From assembly GCA_963842575.1 (NCBI GenBank), contig CAWJGS010000010.1:422871-486870 (forward strand): DNA of 64,000 bases, written 5' to 3'. Positions 18,721 to 30,775 of this stretch are shown here, one piece after another. The notes under the pieces are model-generated. The model was not told the origin of the DNA. It did no database searches and saw nothing but the letters and a program-made list of their open reading frames with translations. Positions within the stretch are counted from its first letter, which is position 1, and every line of letters starts with the position of its first letter. The position numbers were made by a program, and so were the translations under genes. This stretch comes from an uncultured Actinomycetes bacterium. GTDB lineage: Bacteria > Actinomycetota > Thermoleophilia > Gaiellales > Gaiellaceae.

Positions 18721-19641
18721 ATGGACATCCGCCGCGCGACAACCGATCCCGAACTGGAAGCGCTCCTCTCGGTGCACAACGCTGTCTATCCGCACGACCG
18801 CCTCGGTCTCGCCGAGATGCGTTCCTGGGAGTCGCAGGTGAAGGAAATGCTCTTGTGGGTCGCCTGGGAGGACGGCCGTGCAGCCGGTGCAGGCATGGCC
18901 GGCCTTTTGGCCCAGAGCCCGGAGCCGTACGGGCGCGCCTGGGTGCTGAGGGAAGAGCGCAGACGCGGGATCGGCACGTCCCTGTACGGCGTGATCTCCG
19001 ACTATGCCGCCTCGCGGGGGAAAGACGTCCTCGAGGTCTGGGTCGAGGACTCCGATCCCGACGGCGAGACCTTCGTACGCAACCGCGGCTTCACCGAGAT
19101 CGGCCGGGAGCTCCGAGTCAGCCTCGACCTCACGAAGATCGAGGCACCCGAGGTGCGGGCGCCGGAGGGGATCACGATCACGACCTGGGCGGACCGACCC
19201 GAGCTGATCCACGGGATGTACGACGTCGCGCTCGAGGCGATGGCCGACATTCCAGGGGACGAGGAAGACGAGATCGAGCCTTTCGACGACTGGCTCGCGC
19301 ACGAGATGGCGTCCGGCCCCGGAGACCGTCGCGATGCGACCTTCGTCGCAGTCGCGGGCGACGAGGTCGTCGGCTGGTCGAAGTTCTCGCTGTCAGACGC
19401 GCAGCCGACCGTGGCTCACCATGACCTCACCGGCGTCAAGCGTGCGTGGCGCAAGCGGGGCATCGCCCGCGCGCTCAAGCAGGCGCAGATCGCCTGGGCG
19501 AAGGAGAACGGCTACGTGCGGCTCGAGACGCGGAACGAGGAGCGCAACGCACCGATCCGCAAGCTGAACGCCGAGTTCGGCTACGAGCCTTCGGGGATCC
19601 GCAAGCTCTTCAGCGGGCCGCTTTGCCAAGGCGGCTCATAG
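18721..19641 (+). CDS. Tandem GNAT-domain acetyltransferase
   Basis: ATG at 18721 (MDIRRATTDPELEALL...). There are two acetyl-CoA motifs, REERRRGIGTSLY and VKRAWRKRGIARALK. The upstream 132 codons of the track ORF are antisense to the cyclase gene. Confidence 0.8.
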   Translation: MDIRRATTDPELEALLSVHNAVYPHDRLGLAEMRSWESQVKEMLLWVAWEDGRAAGAGMAGLLAQSPEPYGRAWVLREERRRGIGTSLYGVISDYAASRGKDVLEVWVEDSDPDGETFVRNRGFTEIGRELRVSLDLTKIEAPEVRAPEGITITTWADRPELIHGMYDVALEAMADIPGDEEDEIEPFDDWLAHEMASGPGDRRDATFVAVAGDEVVGWSKFSLSDAQPTVAHHDLTGVKRAWRKRGIARALKQAQIAWAKENGYVRLETRNEERNAPIRKLNAEFGYEPSGIRKLFSGPLCQGGS

Positions 19642-20166
19642 GCGCTTGCGGAACGTGAGCATGTCGAGCGGCGTCAGCATCTCCACGGCCGGGTGCGACT
19701 CCGAGAAGTCCGCCCGTCCGGTCATGCGGTAGCCGAGCCTGGTGTACCAGGCGGCCAGCCACTCCTTGCCGGGGTCCGTCTGCTCGCGTGGCACGAGCAG
19801 CCTGAGCTCCATCTGGCCGGCTCCGCGCTCCCGCGCGAGCTGTTCGGCGAAGCGAATGAGCTCGCGGCCGGCCCCGCTGCCCTGGTCGTCGGGATGGACG
19901 GCGAGCAGACCGAAGAACCCGGTCTCCTCGTCCAGCATCCGCACGCGCACCGACCCGACGATCCGTGTCTCGTCCCGCGCCACCGCCATCTCGCCGGCCG
20001 CGACGATCTCGGCGACGCGCTCGCTCGCGATTCGCTCTGTTCCCGGCACCCAGAGCGCCGCCTCCGCCTGGCCGTACGCCGCGTTGATGCGCTCGGCGAG
20101 GTCGGCGACAACGGCGGGGTCGTCCGCGGCGGCCGGAGGCAGAAGCTCGAGCTCGAGCGGCGTCAG
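19636..20166 (-). CDS. GNAT family acetyltransferase; probable CTG start overlapping the smpB stop
   Basis: LLAVHPDDQGSGAGRELIRFAEQLARERG is a GNAT motif A. The coding-like sequence begins (L/M)TPLELELLPPAAADD at CTG 20166-20164. I found no ATG, GTG or TTG in frame between the smpB stop and the GNAT core. Confidence 0.6.
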   Translation of the reverse strand: MTPLELELLPPAAADDPAVVADLAERINAAYGQAEAALWVPGTERIASERVAEIVAAGEMAVARDETRIVGSVRVRMLDEETGFFGLLAVHPDDQGSGAGRELIRFAEQLARERGAGQMELRLLVPREQTDPGKEWLAAWYTRLGYRMTGRADFSESHPAVEMLTPLDMLTFRKRL

Positions 20167-20621
20167 CGGCTCCGCGCCTTGAGCGCTCGCTCGATCTGCC
20201 GGTCGGACTCGCGCTTGGCGATGTCGCGGCGCTTGTCCCGCTGCTCCTTCCCGCGCGCGACCGCGAGCTCGACCTTCGCCCGGCCGTTCTTCCAGTAGAG
20301 CCGAGTTGGGACCAGCGTGAGCCCCTTCTCCTGCACCTTCCCGATCATCGACTCGATCTCGCGACGATGCAGGAGGAGCTTGCGGTCCCGGTCGGGATCG
20401 TGCCGGCCCATCGAGGACGCCTGCTCGTACGGAGAGATGTGAGCACCGACGAGCCAGAGCTCGCCGTCGCGGATGTCGCCGTACGCCCGCTGGAGCTGGG
20501 CGCCTCCGTCGCGCAGCGACTTGACCTCCGTCCCGGTCAGGACCAGGCCGGCTTCCACCCGCTCGAGCAGGTGGTAGTCGTGCCGCGCACGGCGGTTCTC
20601 GGCGATGAGCTTCTCGGCCAT
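20163..20621 (-). CDS. smpB: SsrA-binding protein
   Basis: MAEKLIAENRRARHDYHLLERVEAGLVLTGTEVKSLR...WLVGAHISPYE...RKLLLHRREI is the canonical SmpB sequence. Confidence 0.95.
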   Translation of the reverse strand: MAEKLIAENRRARHDYHLLERVEAGLVLTGTEVKSLRDGGAQLQRAYGDIRDGELWLVGAHISPYEQASSMGRHDPDRDRKLLLHRREIESMIGKVQEKGLTLVPTRLYWKNGRAKVELAVARGKEQRDKRRDIAKRESDRQIERALKARSR

Positions 20622-20644
20622 GGGTCAAGACTAGGCTACGACTC

Positions 20645-22081
20645 GTGGACAGGCCGCCTCCGTTCACGGACCTCGACTGGGACCCGGAGCAGGCCCGCGC
20701 TTTCGCCGGCGAGATGGTCGACATCTGGACGGAGTTGCTGGGCTCGTTGCGCCACGGCCCAGTCGTCCCGCCCAACATGGGCGTGGAGGCCGTCCGCGAA
20801 GCGGTCGCGCTCGACGTTCCCGACGAGCCGATGCCCACGGACGAGCTCGTCGACCACCTGCGCCGGGCCGTCCTCGACAACTCGCTCAAGTCCGGGCATC
20901 CGGCGCACCTCGCGTACATCACCGGTACCGGCACGGTTCCCGGCGCCGCCGCCGATCTCCTCGCCTCGGGGCTGAACGCCAACGTCGGCGGCTGGCTCCT
21001 CTCCCCCGCGGCGACGGAGATCGAGCTCCAGCTGACACGCTGGCTGGCAGCGCGCCTTGGCCTTCCCGAGACGGCAGGAGGGATGATCGCCGCGGGCGGC
21101 GGAGTCGCGAACTTCATCGCGCTCAAGGTCGCGCGCGACGCGATGGCCGGTCTCGACACGAGGAAGAATGGCGTTTCGGCACCGCTCGCGATCTACTGCT
21201 CCGAGGAAGCGCACGTCACGATCGACCGCGCGGCCGACATGCTGGGCCTCGGCACGGACTCGGTCCATCACGTGGAGCCCGGCGACCTCGAAGTGGCCAT
21301 CCTGCCCGACCGGCCCGGGATCGTCGTCGGCACCGCCGGGACGACTGCGACGGGTGTGGTCGAGCCTCTCGAGGAGCTTGCGGACATCGCGGAAAGGCAT
21401 GAAATGTGGTTCCACGTCGACGCGGCATACGGCGGTGCGCTCGCGCTCTCGGACGAGCTGCGCCCGCTGTTGCGCGGCATCGAGCGCGCCGATTCTGTGA
21501 CGCTCGACCCACACAAGTGGCTGTCCACCCCGCTCGGAAGCGGCTGCATCGTCGTCCGCGACCTGGAGTCGCTTTCCGACAGCTTCGGCGTCACCGCCGC
21601 GTACGTCCACGAAGAGGAGGGGCTCGACCGCGGCGTCAACCTTGGCTTCATGGGGCCGCAGTTCAGCCGAGGGTTCGACGCGCTCAAGGTGTGGGTTTCG
21701 CTGCTCGCGCACGGGCGAAAGGCGTACGCCCGCCGCATCGAGCACGACATCGAGCTGACCCGGTACCTCGCGGCGCGGGTCGAGGAGCATCCGGAGTTCG
21801 ACCTCCTCTCGAGCGGCCTGTCGATCTGCTGCTTCCGTTACCACCCGTCCGGAATGGACGACGAGGAGCAGCTCGACCGGCTGAACGAGCGACTGCTCAG
21901 CGAGCTGCAACTGGACGGCCGCGTCTACCCGTCGAATGCGATCCTGGACGGCCGTTACTGCCTGCGCACGTGCATCGTCAACTTCCGCACCGAGGCAGAG
22001 GATCTCGATCGCGTGCTCGAGGTGGCCGCCGAGCTCGGAGCCCGGGTTCAGGCGGGGCTCAGCTCGACCTTGCCTTCGTAG
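20645..22081 (+). CDS. Group II pyridoxal-phosphate-dependent amino-acid decarboxylase
   Basis: The PLP-lysine motif SVTLDPHKWLSTPLGSG and HVDAAYGG are present. Size and layout fit aromatic-amino-acid or diaminobutyrate decarboxylases. Confidence 0.8.
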   Translation: MDRPPPFTDLDWDPEQARAFAGEMVDIWTELLGSLRHGPVVPPNMGVEAVREAVALDVPDEPMPTDELVDHLRRAVLDNSLKSGHPAHLAYITGTGTVPGAAADLLASGLNANVGGWLLSPAATEIELQLTRWLAARLGLPETAGGMIAAGGGVANFIALKVARDAMAGLDTRKNGVSAPLAIYCSEEAHVTIDRAADMLGLGTDSVHHVEPGDLEVAILPDRPGIVVGTAGTTATGVVEPLEELADIAERHEMWFHVDAAYGGALALSDELRPLLRGIERADSVTLDPHKWLSTPLGSGCIVVRDLESLSDSFGVTAAYVHEEEGLDRGVNLGFMGPQFSRGFDALKVWVSLLAHGRKAYARRIEHDIELTRYLAARVEEHPEFDLLSSGLSICCFRYHPSGMDDEEQLDRLNERLLSELQLDGRVYPSNAILDGRYCLRTCIVNFRTEAEDLDRVLEVAAELGARVQAGLSSTLPS

Positions 22082-23694
22082 CGCTCGATCTTCTCGACCC
22101 GGACGGAGATCGGGTCGCCGAGCCGGTACGTCCCGCCGCCGCGGCGCCCCACGAGCGCGGTCCCGAGCGGGTTCAGCTCGAAGTAATCGCCGGGCAGCCG
22201 CCGCGCGGGGACGTAGCCCTCGAAGACGTCACCGAAGCGGGCAAACAGACCGCTGCCGATCACGCCGGTGACCTCGCCTTCGAACGCATGCTCCCAGCCC
22301 AGCTCGAAGAGCTCCTTGTCCAGCAGCCACGCGAGACAGATCTCGTCGGCGAGGTACTCGATCTTGGCAGCGTCGCGCTCGCGCTCCGACGCATGCTCCG
22401 CGATCTCCGACAGGTCGCCCTGCGGCGCGTCCTGCCCCTGGCCTATCTCCCGCAGCAGCACGCGATGGCAGATCAGGTCGGGATAGCGGCGGATCGGCGA
22501 GGTGAAATGGCAGTAGTAGGGACTGGCGAGCCCCGAGTGCCCGAGGTTGCGGGGGTCGTAGCGCGCCTGCTTGAGGGCCCGCAGCACGAGCGGGGGGAAC
22601 GCGTCTCTCCCCCGCCCCGACCTCTTGACGTACTCGGTCACGAGCTCGCTCGCCGCGGCCGCCAGGCGCTCCGCCTCGCGCGGGCTCACGTGCTCGGGCT
22701 CGGGCGGCGTCGGAACCGCGAGGTCGCCGAGCTTGGCGAGCAGGAGCGCAACCGCCTGGGGATCGGGACGCTCGTGCACGCGGTAGACGGCCTCCCGCTT
22801 GCGCCCGGCGAGCAGGCCGGCCACCGCCTCGTTGGCGAGAATCATCAGCTCCTCCACGAGCATGTGCGCGCGGGGCTCGCTCTCGCGCCAGGCGCGCTCG
22901 ACGCCGCCGCGCCCGTCGAAGGCGAACTGGATCTCCGTGCTCTCGACGCGCAGCGCGCCGCGCCCGAAGCGACGCTCGCGCAGCTCCTCCGCGAGCTGCC
23001 CCAAGAGGCGCAGCGCCTCGGCCACGTCCGGCTCGGCCTCGCCGCGCTCCGCCTGTGCGTACGTCAGGCGGGCGTGGCTGCGGATGACGGAGCGGTAGAA
23101 GAGCGGCTCACCGTTCGGCGGGAACTCGACCGTCACGGTCAGGCGGTCGACGTGGGGGCGCAGGCTGCACAGATCGTCGGCGAGCTCGTGCGGGAGCATC
23201 GGCGCGACCCGGCCGGGGACGTAGGTCGAGAACGCACGCCCTTCGGCACCGCGGTCGAGCGGCGACCCCGCCGGAACGAAATACGAGACGTCCGCGATGT
23301 GCACCCAGGCTCGGATGCCATCCTCCTCCTGCCGCACCGAGAGCGCATCGTCGAAGTCCTCGGCCGTCTCAGGGTCGATCGTGAAGGTGACGAGGTCGCG
23401 CAGGTCGGCACGCCCCTCCAACGATGGCCCGGGCGGATCGTGGGGCTCGAACCCTTCCCTGAGCCCACGCTCGACGAGGAGCCCCTCCAGGACCGCCTCG
23501 ACGTCGTCCACCCGGCCGAGCATGCGCTCCAGCTGTGCTCGTCCACGCCCCCGACGTACGACGACGAGATCACCAGGCCCCGCGTCGCCGAGCCCCTTGC
23601 GGTCGATCGTCACCGGTACGCCGGGCGTGAAGACCGGCTCGCCGACGACGAGCTTGCCCCGCCGGGCGACCTCTACGACGAGAAAGTCCGTCAG
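22048..23694 (-). CDS. rnr: RNase II/R family 3'-5' exoribonuclease (short form with C-terminal S1 domain); probable CTG start overlapping the ftsX stop
   Basis: The RNB core reads FTIDPETAEDFDDALS...HIADVSYFV...RLTYAQA...GLASPYYCHFTSPIRRYPDLICHR, followed by an S1-like tail. Protein-like sequence (L/M)TDFLVVEVARRGKLVVGEPVFTPGVP precedes the GTG used by the track. Confidence 0.8.
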   Translation of the reverse strand: MTDFLVVEVARRGKLVVGEPVFTPGVPVTIDRKGLGDAGPGDLVVVRRGRGRAQLERMLGRVDDVEAVLEGLLVERGLREGFEPHDPPGPSLEGRADLRDLVTFTIDPETAEDFDDALSVRQEEDGIRAWVHIADVSYFVPAGSPLDRGAEGRAFSTYVPGRVAPMLPHELADDLCSLRPHVDRLTVTVEFPPNGEPLFYRSVIRSHARLTYAQAERGEAEPDVAEALRLLGQLAEELRERRFGRGALRVESTEIQFAFDGRGGVERAWRESEPRAHMLVEELMILANEAVAGLLAGRKREAVYRVHERPDPQAVALLLAKLGDLAVPTPPEPEHVSPREAERLAAAASELVTEYVKRSGRGRDAFPPLVLRALKQARYDPRNLGHSGLASPYYCHFTSPIRRYPDLICHRVLLREIGQGQDAPQGDLSEIAEHASERERDAAKIEYLADEICLAWLLDKELFELGWEHAFEGEVTGVIGSGLFARFGDVFEGYVPARRLPGDYFELNPLGTALVGRRGGGTYRLGDPISVRVEKIERYEGKVELSPA

Positions 23695-24566
23695 ACCTTC
23701 AGGAAGCGGCGCAGCGTCAGCATGGACGCGGCTGCGCCGAGCAGCAGCCCGAGCGCGACCAGAATCAGGCCGTTGAGGGGGAACGCGAGCGCGTGCACGC
23801 CCTGATCCTTGAACCAGATCGACGACACGACCGTCTCCTTGCCGATGAAGAGGACGATCACCGCCAGGATCGCCCCGATCAACCCCGTGAACAGCCCCTC
23901 GAGCATGAACGGACCGCGGATGAACCAGTTCGAGGCGCCGACCAGCTTCATCACCTCGATTTCACGGCGACGGGCGAAGATCGATAACCGGATCGTGTTT
24001 GCGATCAGCAGCGTCGAAGCGAAGAGAAGGATGATCACGGCGACGAGGAAGAGCACCTCGATCAGGTGCGCGACGTTCAGGATCTTGTGCGCCGTCTTCC
24101 GTCCGTAGCGGAGGTACTCGACGCCGGCCGGGTACGGCTTGAGGCTCGCCGCGATCCGGTCGACGTACTCGCCCTTCTTGGGTGTGACCGTGAAGGCGTC
24201 GGGCAGCGGGTTGTGCGGGACTTGCCGCGTCAGGCCCGGGTTGGTCTTGGCCATCGCCTTGAAGGCCTCTTCCTTGGAGACGAACTTGACCTCCTTGACG
24301 AGCGGGTTCTTCTGCAGCGTGATGCGGACGCGGTCGATCTGCTTCGGCGTCGCGTACGCGGCGCACGTCTGGTCGGTGCAGAAGTAGACGTTGACGACGA
24401 GCTCCTTCTTCGTCTTGTCCGTCCAGGCGCGCGCGTACGTCCCGAAGCCGACGAGCATGCCCACGAGGGCCATCCCGATCAGGACGGTGATGGCGGCGGC
24501 GAAAGTGGTCGAGAGGTTGGCTGTGAGGGAGCGCCACGCCTCCGAAAGGAGCATCTTGGTTCTCAC
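23691..24566 (-). CDS. ftsX: Cell-division ABC transporter permease
   Basis: FtsX layout: one TM segment, a large extracytoplasmic domain, then three TM segments. It lies directly downstream of ftsE with a 4-nt overlap. Confidence 0.9.
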   Translation of the reverse strand: MRTKMLLSEAWRSLTANLSTTFAAAITVLIGMALVGMLVGFGTYARAWTDKTKKELVVNVYFCTDQTCAAYATPKQIDRVRITLQKNPLVKEVKFVSKEEAFKAMAKTNPGLTRQVPHNPLPDAFTVTPKKGEYVDRIAASLKPYPAGVEYLRYGRKTAHKILNVAHLIEVLFLVAVIILLFASTLLIANTIRLSIFARRREIEVMKLVGASNWFIRGPFMLEGLFTGLIGAILAVIVLFIGKETVVSSIWFKDQGVHALAFPLNGLILVALGLLLGAAASMLTLRRFLKV

Positions 24567-25333
24567 TCGGAGGCGTACCCTCCGCGGCGCTCGTCACGGG
24601 CGAGCGCGCCGTCCTCCAGCGCGAGCACGCGGCGGCGCATCTTGTCGACCATCTCGCGGTCGTGCGTCGCCATCAGCACGGTCGTGCCGGCGCGGTTGAT
24701 GCGGTACAGGAGCTGCATGATCCCGACCGAGGTGTCGGGGTCGAGGTTCCCGGTCGGCTCGTCGCAGACCAGGAGCGGCGGATGGTTGACCACGGCGCGC
24801 GCAATCGAGACGCGCTGCTGCTCGCCGCCGGAGAGCTGGTCGGGATAGGAATCCATCTTGGTCGCCAGGCCGACGAGGTTCAGCACCTCGGGGACCTTCT
24901 TGCGGATCGAGTTGCGGTTCTCGCCCTGCACCTTGAGCGCGTACGCGACGTTCTCGGCAGCCGTTCGGTTCGTCAGGAGCTTGAAGTCCTGGAAGACGCA
25001 GCCGATGTTGCGGCGCAGGCGCGGCACGTTCCCGCGGCGCAGGCGGCCCAGGTCGCGTCCGCCGACGATGATCCGGCCGCCGGTGGGCTCGAGCTCCTTG
25101 AGCAGGAGCCGGACGATCGTCGACTTCCCCGATCCGGACGGGCCGACGACGAACACGAACTCGCCCTTCTCGACCACGAACGTGACGTGGCGAAGAGCGG
25201 CGACGTTGGGTGGGTAGATCTTCGAGACGTTCTCGAAGACGATCATCGACGACGGGCTGGGCGCCGGCGCGTCGACGCGCTCTCGCTCAGCTACGGCCAT
25301 AGGCGTCTCTGTATGGAGATCGAATTCCTGCAT
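24563..25333 (-). CDS. ftsE: Cell-division ABC transporter ATP-binding protein
   Basis: Walker A GPSGSGKST, signature LSGGEQQRVSIARA and Walker B LLVCDEPTGNLD. Confidence 0.9.
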   Translation of the reverse strand: MQEFDLHTETPMAVAERERVDAPAPSPSSMIVFENVSKIYPPNVAALRHVTFVVEKGEFVFVVGPSGSGKSTIVRLLLKELEPTGGRIIVGGRDLGRLRRGNVPRLRRNIGCVFQDFKLLTNRTAAENVAYALKVQGENRNSIRKKVPEVLNLVGLATKMDSYPDQLSGGEQQRVSIARAVVNHPPLLVCDEPTGNLDPDTSVGIMQLLYRINRAGTTVLMATHDREMVDKMRRRVLALEDGALARDERRGGYASE

Positions 25334-25396
25334 GGAGGTGTCTGGGCCTCATTCGGCCGGAGTCCCGGAAGCCGCTGAGTGTAGCCGAAAGCCCTG

Positions 25397-26489
25397 CTAG
25401 ACCACGGTTCCTGCCGCTTTCGCCAGCAGGTATGCGCGGATGAACTCGTCGAGGTCCCCGTCCAGGACGGCCTGCGTGTTTCCCGTCTCGTGCCCGGTGC
25501 GGTGGTCCTTGACGAGCTGGTACGGCTGAAGGACATAGCTGCGAATTTGACTTCCGAAGCCGATGTCCTGCGCGGCGCCACGCTCTTTTGCGAGCTCCTC
25601 CTCGCGACGTTCCTGCTCGAGCTCGACGAGCCGCGATTTGAGCAGCCTGAGGGCCGTCTGCTTGTTGGACGACTGCGAGCGCTCGTTCTGGCACTGGACG
25701 ACGATCCCGGTGGGGATGTGGGTGATGCGCACCGCCGAATCGGTCTTGTTCACGTGCTGCCCGCCGGCCCCGCTGGCGCGGTAGGTGTCGATGCGGAGGT
25801 CGGCCTCGTCTATTTCCACGTTCTCGCTTTCGGGCAGCAGCGGCGCGACGATCACTTGCGCGAAGGACGTATGCCGGCGGTGGGCCTGGTCGAACGGCGA
25901 GAGCCGGACGAGCCGGTGGACGCCGCGCTCCGCCTTGAGGATCCCGTAGGCGTTCTCGCCCTTGACCGTGAAGGTCGCGGACTTGAGGCCGGCCTCCTCC
26001 CCCGGGCTCGCCTCGAGCACCTCGGTCTCGAAGCCACGCTGGTCGGCCCAGCGCAGGTACATGCGCAGGAGCATCTCTGCCCAGTCCTGCGCATCCGTGC
26101 CGCCCGTCCCGGCGTGGATGGTCACCAGCGCGTCGCCCGAGTCGTACTCACCCGAGAAGAGCGCGTCCTCCTGCAGGCGCGAGAGCTCCTTCTGCAGCGG
26201 CTCGAGCGAGGACGCGATCTCCTCGGCCATCTCGCCGTCCATCGACAGCAGCTCGCGCGCGTCCTCGTACTCCTGCGTCAGCCGCTCGTAGCGCTCGAGC
26301 CGGCGCGTCACGCGCGCGTGCTCGGAGGAGATCTGTGCTGCCTGCTGCTGGTCGTCCCAGAAGCCGGGCTCGGACATCTGCCGCTCGAGCTCGGCCGCGC
26401 GCTTCCTCAGCTCGTCGGGGTCAAAGGTAATCACGGACCCAGGCGAGCTGGGTCCCGATTTCCTGGAGTTGCTCCTGCAAGTCGGCCAT
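25397..26489 (-). CDS. prfB: Peptide chain release factor 2, expressed through a programmed +1 frameshift
   Basis: ORF0 (ATG 26489) is MADLQEQLQEIGTQLAWVRDYL, ending in CTT TGA C. The +1 frame continues DPDELRKRAAELERQMSEPGFWDD and contains the SPF and GGQ motif context (YRASGAGGQHVNKTDSAVR). Confidence 0.93.
26420..26426 (-). promoter_or_regulatory. prfB: RF2 autoregulatory +1 frameshift site, CUU UGA C
   Basis: The sequence is GUGAU UAC CUU UGA C. The heptanucleotide is identical to the E. coli site. A weak anti-SD-complementary GUGAU lies 3 nt upstream, the same spacing as the E. coli stimulatory element. Confidence 0.85.
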
Positions 26490-26530
26490 CGCGGCCGATC
26501 GTAGCGTCAGCCGTGCTTTGACCGAGGCGA

Positions 26531-27996
26531 CTATCTCACGGTTACGGTGACGGGCGTCGCACCCCCGTCGAGCAACTTCCGCGCCACGAGCGTGATGCGC
26601 ACGGTTCCCTGCACCTTCTTCTTCGGGACGTTCAAGGCCACGATCTTCGCCTCGAAGGGCGCCTCCACGAAGACGCTGATCCTGTGCCTTCGAACGAGCC
26701 GCACGGAGAACTGCATGCGCTCGTTCTTGCGCGCGAATACGTGGGGCACGGTCGTCGGGGCGATGGGGAGCGCGTTCCCGCACTCGCCGGTCTCGAGAAC
26801 GGCTGCGAGCGCGTCCTGCGCCGCGGAGCGCTGGGCGGGCGTGAAGTGCGTGCCGTTGGCCACCGACAGCGTCTTGCCCAGCTGCTTCATCTGGAAGCAG
26901 CCCGTCTCGTTGACGATGTGGCCGAAGCCGCTGAGCGCCCGCTCCGACATCGTGCGGAACGGGTCTTCCGGCGCCAGCCCCTGAAAGAGGATCGACACCG
27001 CCGAGCTGGCCTGTCCGGGGAAGTCGGGCGTCATCACGAAGCCGTGTACCTGCCCGTCCTCCAGCCGCCCGGCCCCGGCGAGGCGGCCGACGTCGTCGAT
27101 CGCGGTGATGTCGAGGACCTGCACGAACTCGGACGCTCCGTCCAGGTTGCCGCGCGCCTGGTCGTACGGTGCGTCGAAGACGAGCGGAAGGCCCTTGTCG
27201 TCGGCGTCTGCGCCGAGCACCGAGATCACGCCGGCGTCGTTGATCGCCTGCCCGGATGAGGACACGATGCCCGGGAGCGCCGGGAAGAGGTGCAGCGCCG
27301 GGAAGAGGTAGCCGCTGCCGTCCCAGCCGAAAGCGGTATCACCGCCGGCGCCGGTGAAGCGCCCGGTCGCCTGGCCGAAGATGTTTCCGGCGAGAGCGTC
27401 CCCCTGCTCATATGGGGCCGGGACCGCGCGGAAGGGCGTAAAGCCGCCGGCCGGATTCCACCTGCCGGGGACGCCGTCGCGCGAGCCGTAGATACCGCCG
27501 ATGCGGTCGAAGGCGTTCGCCGTGCCGGAGACCGAGGTCCTCGAGCCCACCCGTCGCGCTCCAGAAGAAGGCGTCGTTGCTGGGCGACAGCCGTCCGATC
27601 AGGTTTCCCGTCTCGCTGATGTCGCTCGGGAACACGCCCGCGCCAAGGTCGCGCATGCCCACTCCGGGCGTGTACAGGAACGCGTGCACGCGCCATTGTC
27701 CGTTTGCGACGTACCGGTGACGACTCCACGCTCGTTGAGAGCGACGGCGAAGGTGTTCTGGCCGCCGAGGTCGCCGATGTCGACGAGACCGCCGGCCGGG
27801 TCGTAGAAGAAGCCGCGGAGACGAGCGGAGCCGGACTCGTCGGTCATCACACCCGTCGCCTGGCCCGCCAGATTCACGTCGAACGCGTGGCTGAGCGTGC
27901 CGTTGATCGGCTTCAGGTCGGTGAACGTCCAGGGAGAGACGCCGGCCTGCGCCGCGCCCGCGAACAGAACGGAGAGGACGAGCGCGCCGAGAGCCG

Positions 27997-28012
<16 letters not shown>
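26531..28012 (-). pseudogene. Secreted HAF-family extracellular repeat protein, broken by two frameshifts (about 27688 and 27530)
   Basis: GTG at 28012 gives the signal peptide (M)PRRVAALGALVLSVLFAGAAQA. HAF-type units appear in three successive frames: SHAFDVN...FFYDPAGGLVDIGDLGG, then HAFLYTPGVGMRDLG...DAFFWSATGGLEDLG, then GTANAFDRIGGIYGS... The start overlaps the last 16 nt of secA. Confidence 0.7.
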
Positions 28013-30699
<2,687 letters not shown>

Positions 30700-30775
30700 C
30701 TACGTGACAAGGGTAGCGGGTGGCAGGCCAGAGTCTCTGTATGAGCGCGGAGACGCCGAGGCCGAACGGGCCTGC

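Noticed and set aside
21406-23805. 799-aa plus-strand ORF
   Set aside because: It is antisense to the well-supported rnr gene and overlaps the decarboxylase out of frame. Its composition is typical of the non-coding strand in high-GC DNA.
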